A stretch of 62,837 bases of DNA, counting the filler. It is 6 parts of 6 records of this genome, joined end to end, with 100 filler letters (N's around TTAATTAATTAA, not from the genome) between each part and the next. Parts side by side here need not be neighbours in the genome. Positions count along the whole stretch, not along the records: positions 41,576 to 49,270 come from SRR31156797_20072; positions 49,371 to 62,837 come from SRR31156797_20074; 4 more parts are not named here. One strand, written 5' to 3'. Both the position numbers and the translations under genes were made by a program. Shown here in pieces: positions 45,026 through 55,243 of the stretch. The notes beneath the pieces were generated by a model, which searched no databases, was not told the origin of the DNA, and was given only the letters and a program-made list of their open reading frames with translations. Position 1 is the first letter of the stretch. Every line of letters begins with the position of its first letter.

Positions 45026-45652
45026 ATGTCGGAAAAGATTATTATATTAGGAACTTGCGGACACGCAAAAGTTATAAAGGAACTCGCTGAGGAGAGTGGA
45101 TACGAAGTTGTAGGTTTCGCTGGTAATGGGAAGCCTGTAGGCTCAAGGATACTCGACAAAAAAGTTCTCTGCGTACCAGAAGAGATGGAAGAGTACGCAA
45201 AGGAAGTTATCAACGCTGTGGTCGCTGTTATCCCTAACTCAGTTAGAGAGAAACGTGCCGAGTTTGTAAAATCACTCGGTTTTAAGACACCATCACTCGT
45301 TCACCCTTCATGCATATTCAGCAAGAGCGCTGATGTAGGCGAAGGGACTGTCGTTATGGCTGGAACTGTTATTAATTCAGATGCGTATATTGGAGATTTC
45401 TCCATAGTTAATACCGGAGCAACTATAGACCACGACTGCCGTATAGGGGACTTCTGCCACATATCACCAGGGGCAAACCTTGCAGGCGAAGTCACAGTCA
45501 GGGATCACACATGGATAGGTGTCGGTGCAGCTGTCAGAGAATGTATCACAATAGGAAAACAGGTCATGATAGGCGGAAGCGCCTTTGTAGCATGTGATAT
45601 AGAAGACGGTGTAACCGCTATTGGAGTACCTGCGAAAGTTACCAAACTTTAA
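45026..45652 (+). CDS. PglD/NeuD-family hexapeptide-repeat acetyltransferase
   Basis: GTCGHAKV, IVNTGATIDHDC, GVPAK. Confidence 0.9.
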   Translation: MSEKIIILGTCGHAKVIKELAEESGYEVVGFAGNGKPVGSRILDKKVLCVPEEMEEYAKEVINAVVAVIPNSVREKRAEFVKSLGFKTPSLVHPSCIFSKSADVGEGTVVMAGTVINSDAYIGDFSIVNTGATIDHDCRIGDFCHISPGANLAGEVTVRDHTWIGVGAAVRECITIGKQVMIGGSAFVACDIEDGVTAIGVPAKVTKL

Positions 45653-45661
45653 GGAGCCATA

Positions 45662-46144
45662 ATGTCACTGCTTAATTTTGAATTACCGCTTTTATCAGGC
45701 GAAGTAAAAGACCTCTCAGAGTATGACGGTCAGGTTGTGCTCGTGGTAAACACTGCCAGCAACTGTGGTTTCACACCTCAGTATGAAGCACTTGAGGAAC
45801 TCTATAGAAGGTATAAAGATCAGGGATTTGTCGTACTCGGATTTCCCTGTAACCAGTTCGGCGAGCAGGAACCGGGCGATGGGGAAGAGATTCAGGATTT
45901 TCTCGACTGTAACTACACAATCACATTTCCAATTTTCTCAAAAATAGAGGTCAACGGTGACGAACAGCACCCATTCTTCAGAGCACTGAAAACCATGGCT
46001 CCGGGCACAATGGGAACCAAGCCGATTAAATGGAATTTTACAAAGTTTCTGATAAGCCGAGACGGGGGAAAGGTTGAGCGTTTCGCATCGTCGAAGGCCC
46101 CTGAGAAACTCATCACAGCCATCGAAAGGGAACTAGCTTACTAA
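45662..46144 (+). CDS. gpx: Glutathione peroxidase family protein (Cys type)
   Basis: VNTASNCGFT, GFPCNQF, KWNFTKFL. Confidence 0.93.
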   Translation: MSLLNFELPLLSGEVKDLSEYDGQVVLVVNTASNCGFTPQYEALEELYRRYKDQGFVVLGFPCNQFGEQEPGDGEEIQDFLDCNYTITFPIFSKIEVNGDEQHPFFRALKTMAPGTMGTKPIKWNFTKFLISRDGGKVERFASSKAPEKLITAIERELAY

Positions 46145-47571
46145 CGTTTCTTTATACCGAGCAGGTGCCAGATATTATCCTTCTCAACCAGAAGCGAACC
46201 TTCCACCTTCTCGTCAATATGCACTAATTTCCCTATCTTCGGTAACTCTTCCGATGTTGAGCGAGCCAGTATCAGATGATCTTTGCGCTGTAAAATGACC
46301 AGATCAAGTGGAGCCTCGAAACCTTCCGGCGGGGAGTAAAGCCTTGTCGCTGAGTATATCCTAAACCTTTTATCCTTAACTGACTTAATTTTAGGCGGTT
46401 CATAAACCATAGGTCTCTCAAGCGGTTTTATCTTTGAGCCTGTGCGTCTGAGTATCGTAACAAAATTATTAGTCGCCAAACCACCTATGCTCTGAGTAAT
46501 TGCAACATCTCTCTTGTCCGGAGTTATCTCCTTAGGGTAGCGACCAGTCATAATCTTATAACACTCAACAACCTGAGCTAGACCGGAAGCACCAACAGGG
46601 TGTCCTCTGGATTTCAGACCGCCAGAGATATTAACCGGCAGTCTTCCGTCGTGATACCCTTCCTTCTCTTTATAAAACTTTGCAACATCTTCAGGTTTAA
46701 GGAGGAAAGTGTCGATAAGCCCCGCTACCTCAAAAGGTGTAAATGCGTCATGGATCTCAGCGAAATCAACATTCTCAGGTCCGAACCCAGCCATGTTATA
46801 AGCCGAGATTGCCGCTTTCCTCGTGGACAAAAAACTCGTTATCACGCTCCGCTTAGTGAGTGCCTGCTTGTCAGTGCCCTGCCCCACCCCCGCAATAGTC
46901 ACATCGGACTTTTCAGAAGAGATGAGCAGTGCGGCGGCACCGTCACTAATAGGCGAGCAGTCGTAAAGCCTTAAAGGTTCTGATATATATTTACTCTCCA
47001 GGTATTTCTCTTTTGTGATCTCCTTGCGGAATTGCGCCTTCGGGTTCAGGCATCCGTAATGGTGACTCTTTATAGCCACTTCGCTCAGGATATCAGTAAA
47101 TTTCTTCTCACTCATCCCCTGTTCATAAGCGAACCGACGTGCGCACATCGCCGCCAGCGAAGGCATACTGGCACCCGTTTTACGCTCAGAAGGTTCTATA
47201 ACCTCCGAGATAATCTTTGTAACTTTTGGAGTGGAAAGGTGCGTCATCTTTTCAGCGGCTATCACCAGAACATTCTTATAAAGCCCCGCCTTGACAGCGG
47301 CAAAAGCGAGATTTAAAACCGCTGCGCCTGTGCTGGAGGCTGTCTCTATACGCACAGAAGGTACACCAGAAAGACCCACTTTATCTGTCACATAAGAGGC
47401 GATATTCCCGACACCGGTAAAAGCCTCGGGATTCATAAGCCCGAGATACACAGCATCAACACACGAAAGGTCAGCCCCCATCGCCTCAATTGCCTCTCGT
47501 ATTTTGGTAATCAGCCTGTCGTCCGACTTGCTGAAAGTCGAAAGACCGCCAGCTTTTATGTAAACGCCCAT
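46141..47571 (-). CDS. SCP2-type thiolase-family protein with a C-terminal DUF35-like OB domain
   Basis: DCSPISDGAAA, EIHDAF, GHPVGASG; C-terminal RIYSAT..PPEGF; SD GAGGTG before ATG 47571. Confidence 0.85.
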   Translation of the reverse strand: MGVYIKAGGLSTFSKSDDRLITKIREAIEAMGADLSCVDAVYLGLMNPEAFTGVGNIASYVTDKVGLSGVPSVRIETASSTGAAVLNLAFAAVKAGLYKNVLVIAAEKMTHLSTPKVTKIISEVIEPSERKTGASMPSLAAMCARRFAYEQGMSEKKFTDILSEVAIKSHHYGCLNPKAQFRKEITKEKYLESKYISEPLRLYDCSPISDGAAALLISSEKSDVTIAGVGQGTDKQALTKRSVITSFLSTRKAAISAYNMAGFGPENVDFAEIHDAFTPFEVAGLIDTFLLKPEDVAKFYKEKEGYHDGRLPVNISGGLKSRGHPVGASGLAQVVECYKIMTGRYPKEITPDKRDVAITQSIGGLATNNFVTILRRTGSKIKPLERPMVYEPPKIKSVKDKRFRIYSATRLYSPPEGFEAPLDLVILQRKDHLILARSTSEELPKIGKLVHIDEKVEGSLLVEKDNIWHLLGIKKR

Positions 47572-47904
47572 AAAGCACCTCGCTCTACTCTTATTTTGAG
47601 ACAAGTTTTGTACGATATCAAGCTGAATTACTTTAATTTGTGTTCAAAATAGCTGAGAAAGCAATAAATAAAATCATTAAAATTGCAAATTTTACATCAT
47701 AAGGATTTTGTCATACGCAATAAACATTAATAAACTCATTATCTGGCTAATTTTAGCATTTTTCACATTTCAGCTATAACCCATTATCTATTAATGACTT
47801 GACATTTTTATGATAAAAACCTACCGTTACTACAGACGAAAAATAACCAATATTTAATCGCATTAATCGAAAATTTTCAGATTTTTGCATTTGAGAGGTA
47901 AAAA

Positions 47905-48294
47905 TTGGACAGGATGCTCGGCAACCATATTCTGGTTGAATTTTATGGATGCGACAACGATCTCCTCAACAACGAGGATATCATCGGAGCAGAGATGACT
48001 CAGGCCGCATATGAAGCAGAGGCGACTATTGTAGACAGGCGTTTTAACAAATTCGCTCCATACGGTGTAAGCGGTGTTGTGGTTCTTGCTGAATCTCACC
48101 TCACCATACACACTTGGCCGGAGCACGGATACGCCGCTGTTGACCTCTTTACCTGCGGAGATACTGTTGAACCTTGGAAAGCTTTTAACCACCTGAAAAA
48201 GGTGCTGAAAGCAACCAATGTCTCTACTGTGGAGATGAAAAGAGGACGTATGGCTGATATCGAGGCAGCGAATAAGAGAGAGCTTTTCGTATAG
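47905..48294 (+). CDS. speD: S-adenosylmethionine decarboxylase proenzyme
   Basis: [13 protein letters not shown] self-cleavage motif and DLFTCG; start is TTG 47905 or ATG 47914. Confidence 0.95.
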   Translation: MDRMLGNHILVEFYGCDNDLLNNEDIIGAEMTQAAYEAEATIVDRRFNKFAPYGVSGVVVLAESHLTIHTWPEHGYAAVDLFTCGDTVEPWKAFNHLKKVLKATNVSTVEMKRGRMADIEAANKRELFV

Positions 48295-48295
48295 C

Positions 48296-49135
48296 ATGAA
48301 ACTAACTTTTACAGAAAAGTACCTCAACGGAACAGCACTTCAGTTCAATATTGAAGAGCACCTATTCTCTGGTGAGAGTGAGTTTCAGACTGTTGACGTG
48401 CTTAAGACTGAAAAATTAGGCAATCTTATGCTGATTGATGGCGTTGTGATGCTCACTGAAGCTAACGAACACGCTTATCACGAAATGATAGCTCACGTGC
48501 CGATATTCTCTCACCCTAACCCCGAACGTGTACTCGTAATAGGCGGAGGGGACGGAGGAACAGCCCGAGAGGTGATGAAACACCCGAAAGTGAAAGAGTG
48601 TGTGGTGTGCGAGATTGACGACTTGGTTGTAGATACAGCCAGGAACTTCTTCACGGACCTCGCCGTTGCATTTGATCACCCGAAGATGAATCTTGTCATC
48701 GATGATGGCATTAAATACATACAGAAAAACAGAAACTCATTTGACGTAATCATAATTGACTCCACCGATCCTGAAGGTCCTGCTGAGGGGCTCTTCAAAG
48801 CACCATTCTACAGAGACGTCCATGAGGCACTCAGAGACGGCGGTATTATGACAGCTCAGACGGAAAGCCCGTACGAGATGCCGGCAGAGCAGAAAGCTAT
48901 GTTTGCCGAAATCCGTAAAGTGTTCCCATTTATTACTATGTATCTGTCATTTATACCATTCTACCCCACAGGCATGTGGAGCTTTGCCTTCGCATCCAAA
49001 GGTGGTACGGGACTCGGGGAACCGAGGATAAACGACATAGAGGCTATGCAGGATGATTTGAAATATTTCAACATTGAAATGATGACATCATGCTTTGCGC
49101 TGCCAAACTTTGTCGCAAACAACATCGCAGAATGA
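48296..49135 (+). CDS. speE: Spermidine synthase
   Basis: YHEMIAH, VIGGGDGG, IIIDSTDP. Confidence 0.95.
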   Translation: MKLTFTEKYLNGTALQFNIEEHLFSGESEFQTVDVLKTEKLGNLMLIDGVVMLTEANEHAYHEMIAHVPIFSHPNPERVLVIGGGDGGTAREVMKHPKVKECVVCEIDDLVVDTARNFFTDLAVAFDHPKMNLVIDDGIKYIQKNRNSFDVIIIDSTDPEGPAEGLFKAPFYRDVHEALRDGGIMTAQTESPYEMPAEQKAMFAEIRKVFPFITMYLSFIPFYPTGMWSFAFASKGGTGLGEPRINDIEAMQDDLKYFNIEMMTSCFALPNFVANNIAE

Positions 49136-49270
49136 CCCCTGCGCTAACACACACAAGGAGCGCACTATGAACCTTTTTACTCTTTTTCGCTATTTTTTTG
49201 CGAAACCGGGAAAACTTCCTAGACCTAGAAACTACTGACAAGGCAAGCGCATTGAGGCGGGACACTACAC

Positions 49271-49370
49271 NNNNNNNNNNNNNNNNNNNNNNNNNNNNNN
49301 NNNNNNNNNNNNNNTTAATTAATTAANNNNNNNNNNNNNNNNNNNNNNNNNNNNNNNNNNNNNNNNNNNN
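49271..49370. other. Artificial contig linker
   Basis: N/TTAATTAATTAA/N. Confidence 0.99.
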
Positions 49371-49371
49371 C

Positions 49372-49527
49372 ATGGCGGGACTCTACCGCTTCAAGACCGG
49401 GTTCGGAGGGGAGCTGCGTCACAGGCCCGGCGCCTGGGACTATCCCTACAGCAGGCTCTTCTACGGAGCCTACCGCCTGCTTGAAGCGGGCAGGCGCTGG
49501 TACTATAAGGTCTGGAGGAAGCGTTGA
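49372..49527 (+). CDS. FemABX-family peptidoglycan peptidyltransferase, C-terminal fragment
   Basis: GLYRFKTGFGG..PGAWDYP; not in the ORF track. Confidence 0.82.
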   Translation: MAGLYRFKTGFGGELRHRPGAWDYPYSRLFYGAYRLLEAGRRWYYKVWRKR

Positions 49528-49533
49528 ATGAAG

Positions 49534-49570
49534 AAAGGCTCCGATAGGATTGCATCCCGCCGGAGCCTTT
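49534..49570. terminator. Intrinsic terminator
   Basis: AAAGGCTCCG...CGGAGCCTTT after the Fem stop. Confidence 0.7.
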
Positions 49571-49706
49571 TGTCATTGTATGGCTATTCTTCCAAACATC
49601 CGTTCTAAGCCGTGTCTGTTCATCCTGTCCCATGATCAGCGTTGGTCCTCCCATATAGCAGTACAGCTCCCAAATCAGATTGATGCGGTATCATAATCGT
49701 TTCTAA

Positions 49707-50612
49707 TTAAATTCTTATGCCGCTTCCGAAGCCGGACGTTCCGTCTGAACATAGCTTTTTATATTGCATGGGAGTCATTCCCGCATATTTTTTGAAAGAT
49801 CGGCTGAACAAAGGAAGGCTTTCCATTCCCAGCAGCCCGGCAGTCTCCGATACGCTGTAATTCATTCTTAAATAGCTTTCAGCCAGCCTTATCTTTCTCT
49901 CTGTTATATACGCATGAATAGGTTTGTTCAGGTAGGTTCTGAAGAGCCGGTACAAGTGTCTCCGCGAGGTGTTGACCTGATTCGCCAAATCCTCAGCCGT
50001 GATTCTATAGGCCATATTCTTATCGATGATATCCAGAGCTTTCTCCAATCTTGATTCATCTGATCTGCTTTTATTGCTCTGGCCAGGGAGTTCGTGGCAC
50101 AGGGTTTCAAGGCTGTTGAATACAAAGAGCTCTGCCACTTCCCCGAACCATGGACTGTTGCGGTCTCCCCCAAGAGAGATATAGTCTGTGAAGAATGAGG
50201 TGTAGGCTTTGAGCTCTCCGGCTCCGGTAGTGCTTTTTTTATGGCCACTTAAAAAAGACTCTACGGTTTTCTCTTTATGGGACAGAAATACCGGACTGCG
50301 GTCATTCTTCCTTATGCTGAATACAAAATAGATAAGAGACATCTGTTTTCTTTTGTCTATATGTATCTCATGCAATGCGCCGGGATCGGCCATATACAAA
50401 CTGCTCGGACCTAGACGTTCTTCCTCCTTGTCTGTTCTGAATATGGCTTCGCCGCTTATTACGTAAACCATTTCATAGCAGTCATGGTAGTGTGTGCCGT
50501 TGGAAATTTTTTCAAAATCAAAAGTGAAATATTCTACTCTCCTGAAAGAGAGGGTATAGCTGTTCATGGCTATTTCAAAATGGCTTCTGCCAAGGGGTCT
50601 TTCATCTGTCAT
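49707..50612 (-). CDS. AraC family regulator (cupin plus HTH)
   Basis: HYHDCYEM cupin; FSRSFKKYAGMTPMQY; start placed at MTDERP. Confidence 0.92.
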   Translation of the reverse strand: MTDERPLGRSHFEIAMNSYTLSFRRVEYFTFDFEKISNGTHYHDCYEMVYVISGEAIFRTDKEEERLGPSSLYMADPGALHEIHIDKRKQMSLIYFVFSIRKNDRSPVFLSHKEKTVESFLSGHKKSTTGAGELKAYTSFFTDYISLGGDRNSPWFGEVAELFVFNSLETLCHELPGQSNKSRSDESRLEKALDIIDKNMAYRITAEDLANQVNTSRRHLYRLFRTYLNKPIHAYITERKIRLAESYLRMNYSVSETAGLLGMESLPLFSRSFKKYAGMTPMQYKKLCSDGTSGFGSGIRI

Positions 50613-50720
50613 TAATAAAATAATAGCACAAATAGATAAATAATAGTCTCTATATGTAAATAATGTCTTCAGTTCTGCAAGTACTATGAACTTAAGAATA
50701 CGGATGCAAAGGAGCGCAGA

Positions 50721-51815
50721 ATGTCTGAAAAACTCATTAAAAATATCATTAGAAACGGAAAAGGAGAACGGAGAGGTTTCTGGCATGGTAATCCCGTCGA
50801 TGAGACGAAGGACATATATTATAAGTATTTCGGCATCAAGGAAACGGCAAATGATATTTCCGAGGAAGCAAAGAGAGCCGCTCAGGTATTTACAACAAAG
50901 ACAGGCGACTCGGATCTGCAGCTCGCCAAAGCCCTAAAAAGCGATGTTATGTGGCTTAGCCCTGAGTTGGATCTGAGTGCATATAAATGTCCTAAGGGTA
51001 GGCCATTGTGGGACTACTATGGCGGAAAAGAAAGAACCCACTTGACCGAACCAGGTATTTTTGCCGAATGCGAGGATGTCAGTGAGGTCGAGGCTTTTGA
51101 CTGGCCTGACCCTGATTATATGGATTTTGCAAATTTCGTTAATGAGGTAGATGCTGCTTGTGAATCAGATATGGCCGTTATCGGCGGAATGTGGATGCCT
51201 TTCTTTCATGTGGTTGCCGATTTTTTCGGTATGGATAACTATTTCATTAAGATGTATACCCATCCCGAAGTTGTTCATGCCGTCACTGAAAAAGTCATGG
51301 AATTTTATCTGGAGGCTAATACTCGATGCCTTTCTCTTGTCGAGGGAAAAATGACTGCTGGATTCTTTGGCAATGATTTCGGTAGCCAGCGGGACCTGCT
51401 TATCAGTCCCGATTGTTTCGACGATTTCATTCTTCCCTATTACAAAAGAGCCATTGAGACTATCCAAGCTCAGGATCTGCCGGTTTTTACCCATTCCTGC
51501 GGTGCTATTTCGCGCATCATACCCAAACTGATTGATGCGGGTGTTGAAGGGCTGCATCCCCTGCAGGCCAATGCTGCGGGTATGGATGCAGAATCGCTGG
51601 CAGGTGAATTCAAGAATGATCTTGTATTTATGGGTGGCGTCGATACACAGCATCTGCTCCCCTTCGAGACGCCGGAGAAGATAAAAGCGGAGGTCCATCG
51701 GCTTAAGAAAGTGTTCGGGGAACGCTTTATCGTCTCGCCCAGTCATGAAGCCTTATTGCCCAATGTGAGCATTGAGAATACTCTGGCTATGGCCAAGGCC
51801 GTTTTCGAAGACTGA
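50721..51815 (+). CDS. Uroporphyrinogen decarboxylase (UroD/MtaA-like) family protein
   Basis: NDFGSQ, HSCG, LHPLQ, GGVDTQ, SPSH motifs. Confidence 0.88.
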   Translation: MSEKLIKNIIRNGKGERRGFWHGNPVDETKDIYYKYFGIKETANDISEEAKRAAQVFTTKTGDSDLQLAKALKSDVMWLSPELDLSAYKCPKGRPLWDYYGGKERTHLTEPGIFAECEDVSEVEAFDWPDPDYMDFANFVNEVDAACESDMAVIGGMWMPFFHVVADFFGMDNYFIKMYTHPEVVHAVTEKVMEFYLEANTRCLSLVEGKMTAGFFGNDFGSQRDLLISPDCFDDFILPYYKRAIETIQAQDLPVFTHSCGAISRIIPKLIDAGVEGLHPLQANAAGMDAESLAGEFKNDLVFMGGVDTQHLLPFETPEKIKAEVHRLKKVFGERFIVSPSHEALLPNVSIENTLAMAKAVFED

Positions 51816-51823
51816 AAACAAAG

Positions 51824-51856
51824 CCGGCCTTTTCTGAAGAAACAGATAAAGGCCGG
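51824..51856. terminator. Hairpin between convergent genes
   Basis: CCGGCCTTT.CTG...CAG.TAAAGGCCGG. Confidence 0.6.
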
Positions 51857-51941
51857 GGAAAGCTACTGTATTATTCTATAAAACTGTCCTGTTTATTAAG
51901 CAAACTATAATACGAAAGTTCGATCTTCTCGGATCATCGAT

Positions 51942-54158
51942 TTAGCTGATCAGTATCCTGTCCACCAGTACTTGCCGGAACTCGGGGGTCAGCATACCGA
52001 AGTAGGCGGTGAATCCCGTAACCCTGACCACCAGGTCCGGATAAAGAGAGGGATCCTTATGGGCCTCCATAATCTTGTCCCTGTCAAAGATGTTCACATT
52101 GATAAGGGTGCCTCCCAGTTCGAAGTGGGAAAGGATCAGAGCCTTTACGATCTCATGGGGATTATCGCTCAGGGAAAAAGGATCGAATTCAAGCTGAAGG
52201 GGGGCCGTGTTGCCGTATCCCGGCTGAATCCTGGCTATGGCCGAGGACTGAGAAAGGGCCGCAGCCTCATCGCAGAAGGCGGGATTGGGATTGGCTCCAT
52301 GGGTAATAGGGGCTCCGAAACGCCGCCCGTCGGGGGTCGCTCCGACGACATTGCCCAGAATATGGGGCTTGGCCCAGGAGAAGAGTCCCGGAATAAAGCG
52401 CAGCTCTCCCTCGCTTTCCCTGACCGTCATCTCCGAGAAGAACAGGGAAACCCTGTCCGCCCACAGGTCGCTCAAAGAGCCGCCCTGTCCGTAACGAGAG
52501 CTGGCCATCATCATCCGTCTGGCTTCTTCTCCGGCGGAAGAGGCCCAGCTGGTTCGCAGATGGTGGTTGACCGAAGACCAGGACGCGCGCTTCTCTATCT
52601 CGATCCTCTGTTCCAGGGCGCCGAAGGAGTCGGCTACAGTAGCCAACCCAGCCCCGTCGATGGCCAGGTTGTAATACATGGCCCCGCCGTTGCTGACGTC
52701 CAGGCCCCTCTCGATAGGTCCGTGGCTCAGCAGGTTGAGCAGGAGCTCCACCTCATTGTCCTTCATGATCTTCAGATGAAAGCGGATCGCATCCGCCGTT
52801 GCATGGATAGCCCGGGTCAGATGGCTCTGAAAGATTTTCCACAGCAGACCCGTCGAGGGGGGGAGGAGCTCCCGCTTCTGTCCTTTTAGTACGGGCTTGT
52901 AATTCCCTATATCATTGGTCAGCCCCGGGAAGCCGCATTTATTCATCATCTCTCCCCAGGAGATTTCGAAAACCTTTGCCATATTGACCTTGAACAGGTC
53001 GTTCAGGGTGTATTCCATTCCCGGGAGGGACATCCAGTTACAGCCTACGGCGATGCGTTTTCTCGCCATCTTCTCATCGAATCCCAGGTTCTTAAAACCC
53101 TCTACCAGGGCCTTGTCACCGGAGAAGCGGGGCCACGCTTCCTTATGCTTGATAAGGAGTTCCACTGCGCGGTCAAAGAGCTTCTGGTCCATACCCTCGT
53201 GAACCCGCATCGTTATGTTCAGGGATATGTTCACATACTCAGCACCATCCAGGATGATGAAGGACATATCGTTTGTCTGATCGATGCCGTTCTCATCGGG
53301 TCCGCCTATCTGCCAGTAGATAGGGTCGTTGATCAGGAAGCAGCCCATAAGATACAGCGCTTCATCCCTGCTGATTCTGCCTTCTTTCAGGTCCTTTTCG
53401 TAGAAAGGCTGAAGAAGCGCGTCCAGCTGCCCGCCGGCCCCGTCCCTGTTAAAGGTCCGTGAGGCGAGGTGGAACCAGAGTATCCATTGCAGGGCCTCCC
53501 TCAGGGTAGAAGGTTTGCCGGACTTCACATTTTTATTGACCTCCCGTTTGATGATCAGCTCTCTGCGGATCTCCTCATCCTCTTCCTTCAGGATCATGGA
53601 CTCAAGTTCGTCGATATGCTTCTGTATCCATGACTGGACGCTCCGGATGATACGGGAGTGGCAGTCGTAAAACACGGGATCGAAATTCTCTTTGTCCGAA
53701 TTCTCGCCTTTGTAATAGGCGATCTTGTCAAGCAGTCCCTGCCATCCCAGCTCGAGCCCGATACCGTAGTCGGGGCAGAAGTGGGCGTCGAATCCGATGC
53801 CCGCGTCGATCTCGTATTTCCTGATCTCGTCCGCGAGATCTTCGGGCAGCAGTTTCTTGTTGTACTGGGACGGGCGCATCTTGGACATGAAATACATCCA
53901 GCGTCCGGTAAAGGCGTCGTCGGCAGAGATGTATGTGTCGTGCTTCTCCATCAGGTCGCAGAAGTTCTCACACCAGCCCTCTACGCCGTAGAAGTTCCCG
54001 TCGGCTGCATTGGGGATGATCTGCCAGGGAAAGGTAGGGACGATACGGCCGTAATCATCCTCATCCAGATAGCCTTCGCAGTCAAGCTTTTCCTGGGTCT
54101 GGGCGAGTTTCGTTTCTCTCAGCCTTGCCAGCTTCGAGATATATTCCTTCTTCATCAT
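51942..54158 (-). CDS. Glycyl radical enzyme (PFL superfamily), unknown reaction
   Basis: Gly loop LVVRVTGF, Cys loop AVGCNW, GATPDGR. Confidence 0.9.
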   Translation of the reverse strand: MMKKEYISKLARLRETKLAQTQEKLDCEGYLDEDDYGRIVPTFPWQIIPNAADGNFYGVEGWCENFCDLMEKHDTYISADDAFTGRWMYFMSKMRPSQYNKKLLPEDLADEIRKYEIDAGIGFDAHFCPDYGIGLELGWQGLLDKIAYYKGENSDKENFDPVFYDCHSRIIRSVQSWIQKHIDELESMILKEEDEEIRRELIIKREVNKNVKSGKPSTLREALQWILWFHLASRTFNRDGAGGQLDALLQPFYEKDLKEGRISRDEALYLMGCFLINDPIYWQIGGPDENGIDQTNDMSFIILDGAEYVNISLNITMRVHEGMDQKLFDRAVELLIKHKEAWPRFSGDKALVEGFKNLGFDEKMARKRIAVGCNWMSLPGMEYTLNDLFKVNMAKVFEISWGEMMNKCGFPGLTNDIGNYKPVLKGQKRELLPPSTGLLWKIFQSHLTRAIHATADAIRFHLKIMKDNEVELLLNLLSHGPIERGLDVSNGGAMYYNLAIDGAGLATVADSFGALEQRIEIEKRASWSSVNHHLRTSWASSAGEEARRMMMASSRYGQGGSLSDLWADRVSLFFSEMTVRESEGELRFIPGLFSWAKPHILGNVVGATPDGRRFGAPITHGANPNPAFCDEAAALSQSSAIARIQPGYGNTAPLQLEFDPFSLSDNPHEIVKALILSHFELGGTLINVNIFDRDKIMEAHKDPSLYPDLVVRVTGFTAYFGMLTPEFRQVLVDRILIS

Positions 54159-55069
54159 ACGCTTCCTTCGCTTTTCGTCTTGCCGATGGCGATACCGGCG
54201 GCCTTGTTCAGCTCTTCCAGTCTTTCCTTATTAAAAAAAACTTTGTCTCCGTATTCCGATTCCATCTGGAATTGTTTGTACTTTGACAGTCCCAGGGGAT
54301 GATAGGGGACGAGGGTATAGGAGCTTAGGGCTTTGATCCTTCCGGCGAATCCGGCGATAGCCGAGATCTCCTCTTCCCTGTCGTTGACCCCTTTTATAAC
54401 GGGGGTTCTGATTTCCACTCTTCCTCCCAGGACGTCGAAGCGGAGCAGGTTTTCCTTGATCCGATCATTCCCGGTCCCGGTCCAGCGGCGATGATCATCC
54501 GTATCGAAGATCTTCAGATCCACCATAAACAGATCGGCCATTCTGATGCACTCCTCCCTTTCCGGGGTGAGAGGAAGGGATAAGTTGGACTGTATGATGG
54601 TGGAGATGTTCCTTTCCTTGAGAAGCGCTATCATTCGGGAAAGGAATCCCGCTTGTATGAGAGGTTCTCCTCCGGAGAAGGTCACGCCGCCGCCTGACTG
54701 CCTGAAATAAACCTCGTCTTTCAGAAGAGCGTCCAGTAATTCATCAAGGCTCATCTCGAAACCGGACAGCGTAAACACCGAGGAATAGCATTCGTCGACA
54801 CAGATGCCGCAGCCGCCGCATTTATCATTATCAAGGGAGATTCCCCCCGATTCCGAGTACTCAAGGGCTTGTTCTGGACAAAGGCCTACGCATCTTCCGC
54901 ATCCGACGCAGCGCTCCGGCAGTATTCCTATCTGAGTGTCACTGCTGAGGGATTCGGGATTGTGGCACCAGGCGCAGCGCATATTGCAGCCCTTGAAAAA
55001 GACGGTCGTTCTGATACCGGGACCGTCATGGGTTGAGAGGCGCTGAATATGGTTAATATTGGCTGTCAT
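54155..55069 (-). CDS. Glycyl-radical-enzyme activating enzyme (radical SAM with ferredoxin insert)
   Basis: HDGPGIRTTVFFKGCNMRCAWCHNPES, two CxxCxxCxxxC motifs, SGGEP; overlaps the GRE start. Confidence 0.95.
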   Translation of the reverse strand: MTANINHIQRLSTHDGPGIRTTVFFKGCNMRCAWCHNPESLSSDTQIGILPERCVGCGRCVGLCPEQALEYSESGGISLDNDKCGGCGICVDECYSSVFTLSGFEMSLDELLDALLKDEVYFRQSGGGVTFSGGEPLIQAGFLSRMIALLKERNISTIIQSNLSLPLTPEREECIRMADLFMVDLKIFDTDDHRRWTGTGNDRIKENLLRFDVLGGRVEIRTPVIKGVNDREEEISAIAGFAGRIKALSSYTLVPYHPLGLSKYKQFQMESEYGDKVFFNKERLEELNKAAGIAIGKTKSEGSV

Positions 55070-55102
55070 GTCCTGTATATTAATAAAGCAGGGAGGAGCC
55101 GT

Positions 55103-55227
55103 TGTCAATCTTAATGTTAAATGAAATAACATAAAAATGTGTAGGAATATAACAATAATCCGCATTTAGGCAAATTATATTTGACAAAAGATAGAAGCAA
55201 TGTTTAAATAACGTTAAATCAATTAAC
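55103..55227. promoter_or_regulatory. Divergent sigma70-type promoters with two palindromic operator-like sites
   Basis: TTGACA on minus (55108-55103) and plus (55181-55186); GTTAAATGAAATAAC (55116-55130) and GTTAAATCAATTAAC (55213-55227). Confidence 0.65.
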
Positions 55228-55243
55228 AATAAGTGAGCTTGAA

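Noticed and set aside
45662-46144. Possible selenoprotein Gpx
   Set aside because: The active-site codon is TGT (Cys), with no in-frame TGA.
49168-49239. SD-led 23-codon Phe-rich ORF after speE
   Set aside because: It lies at a contig end with homopolymer runs and no visible downstream context; a leader peptide cannot be told from an error or noise.
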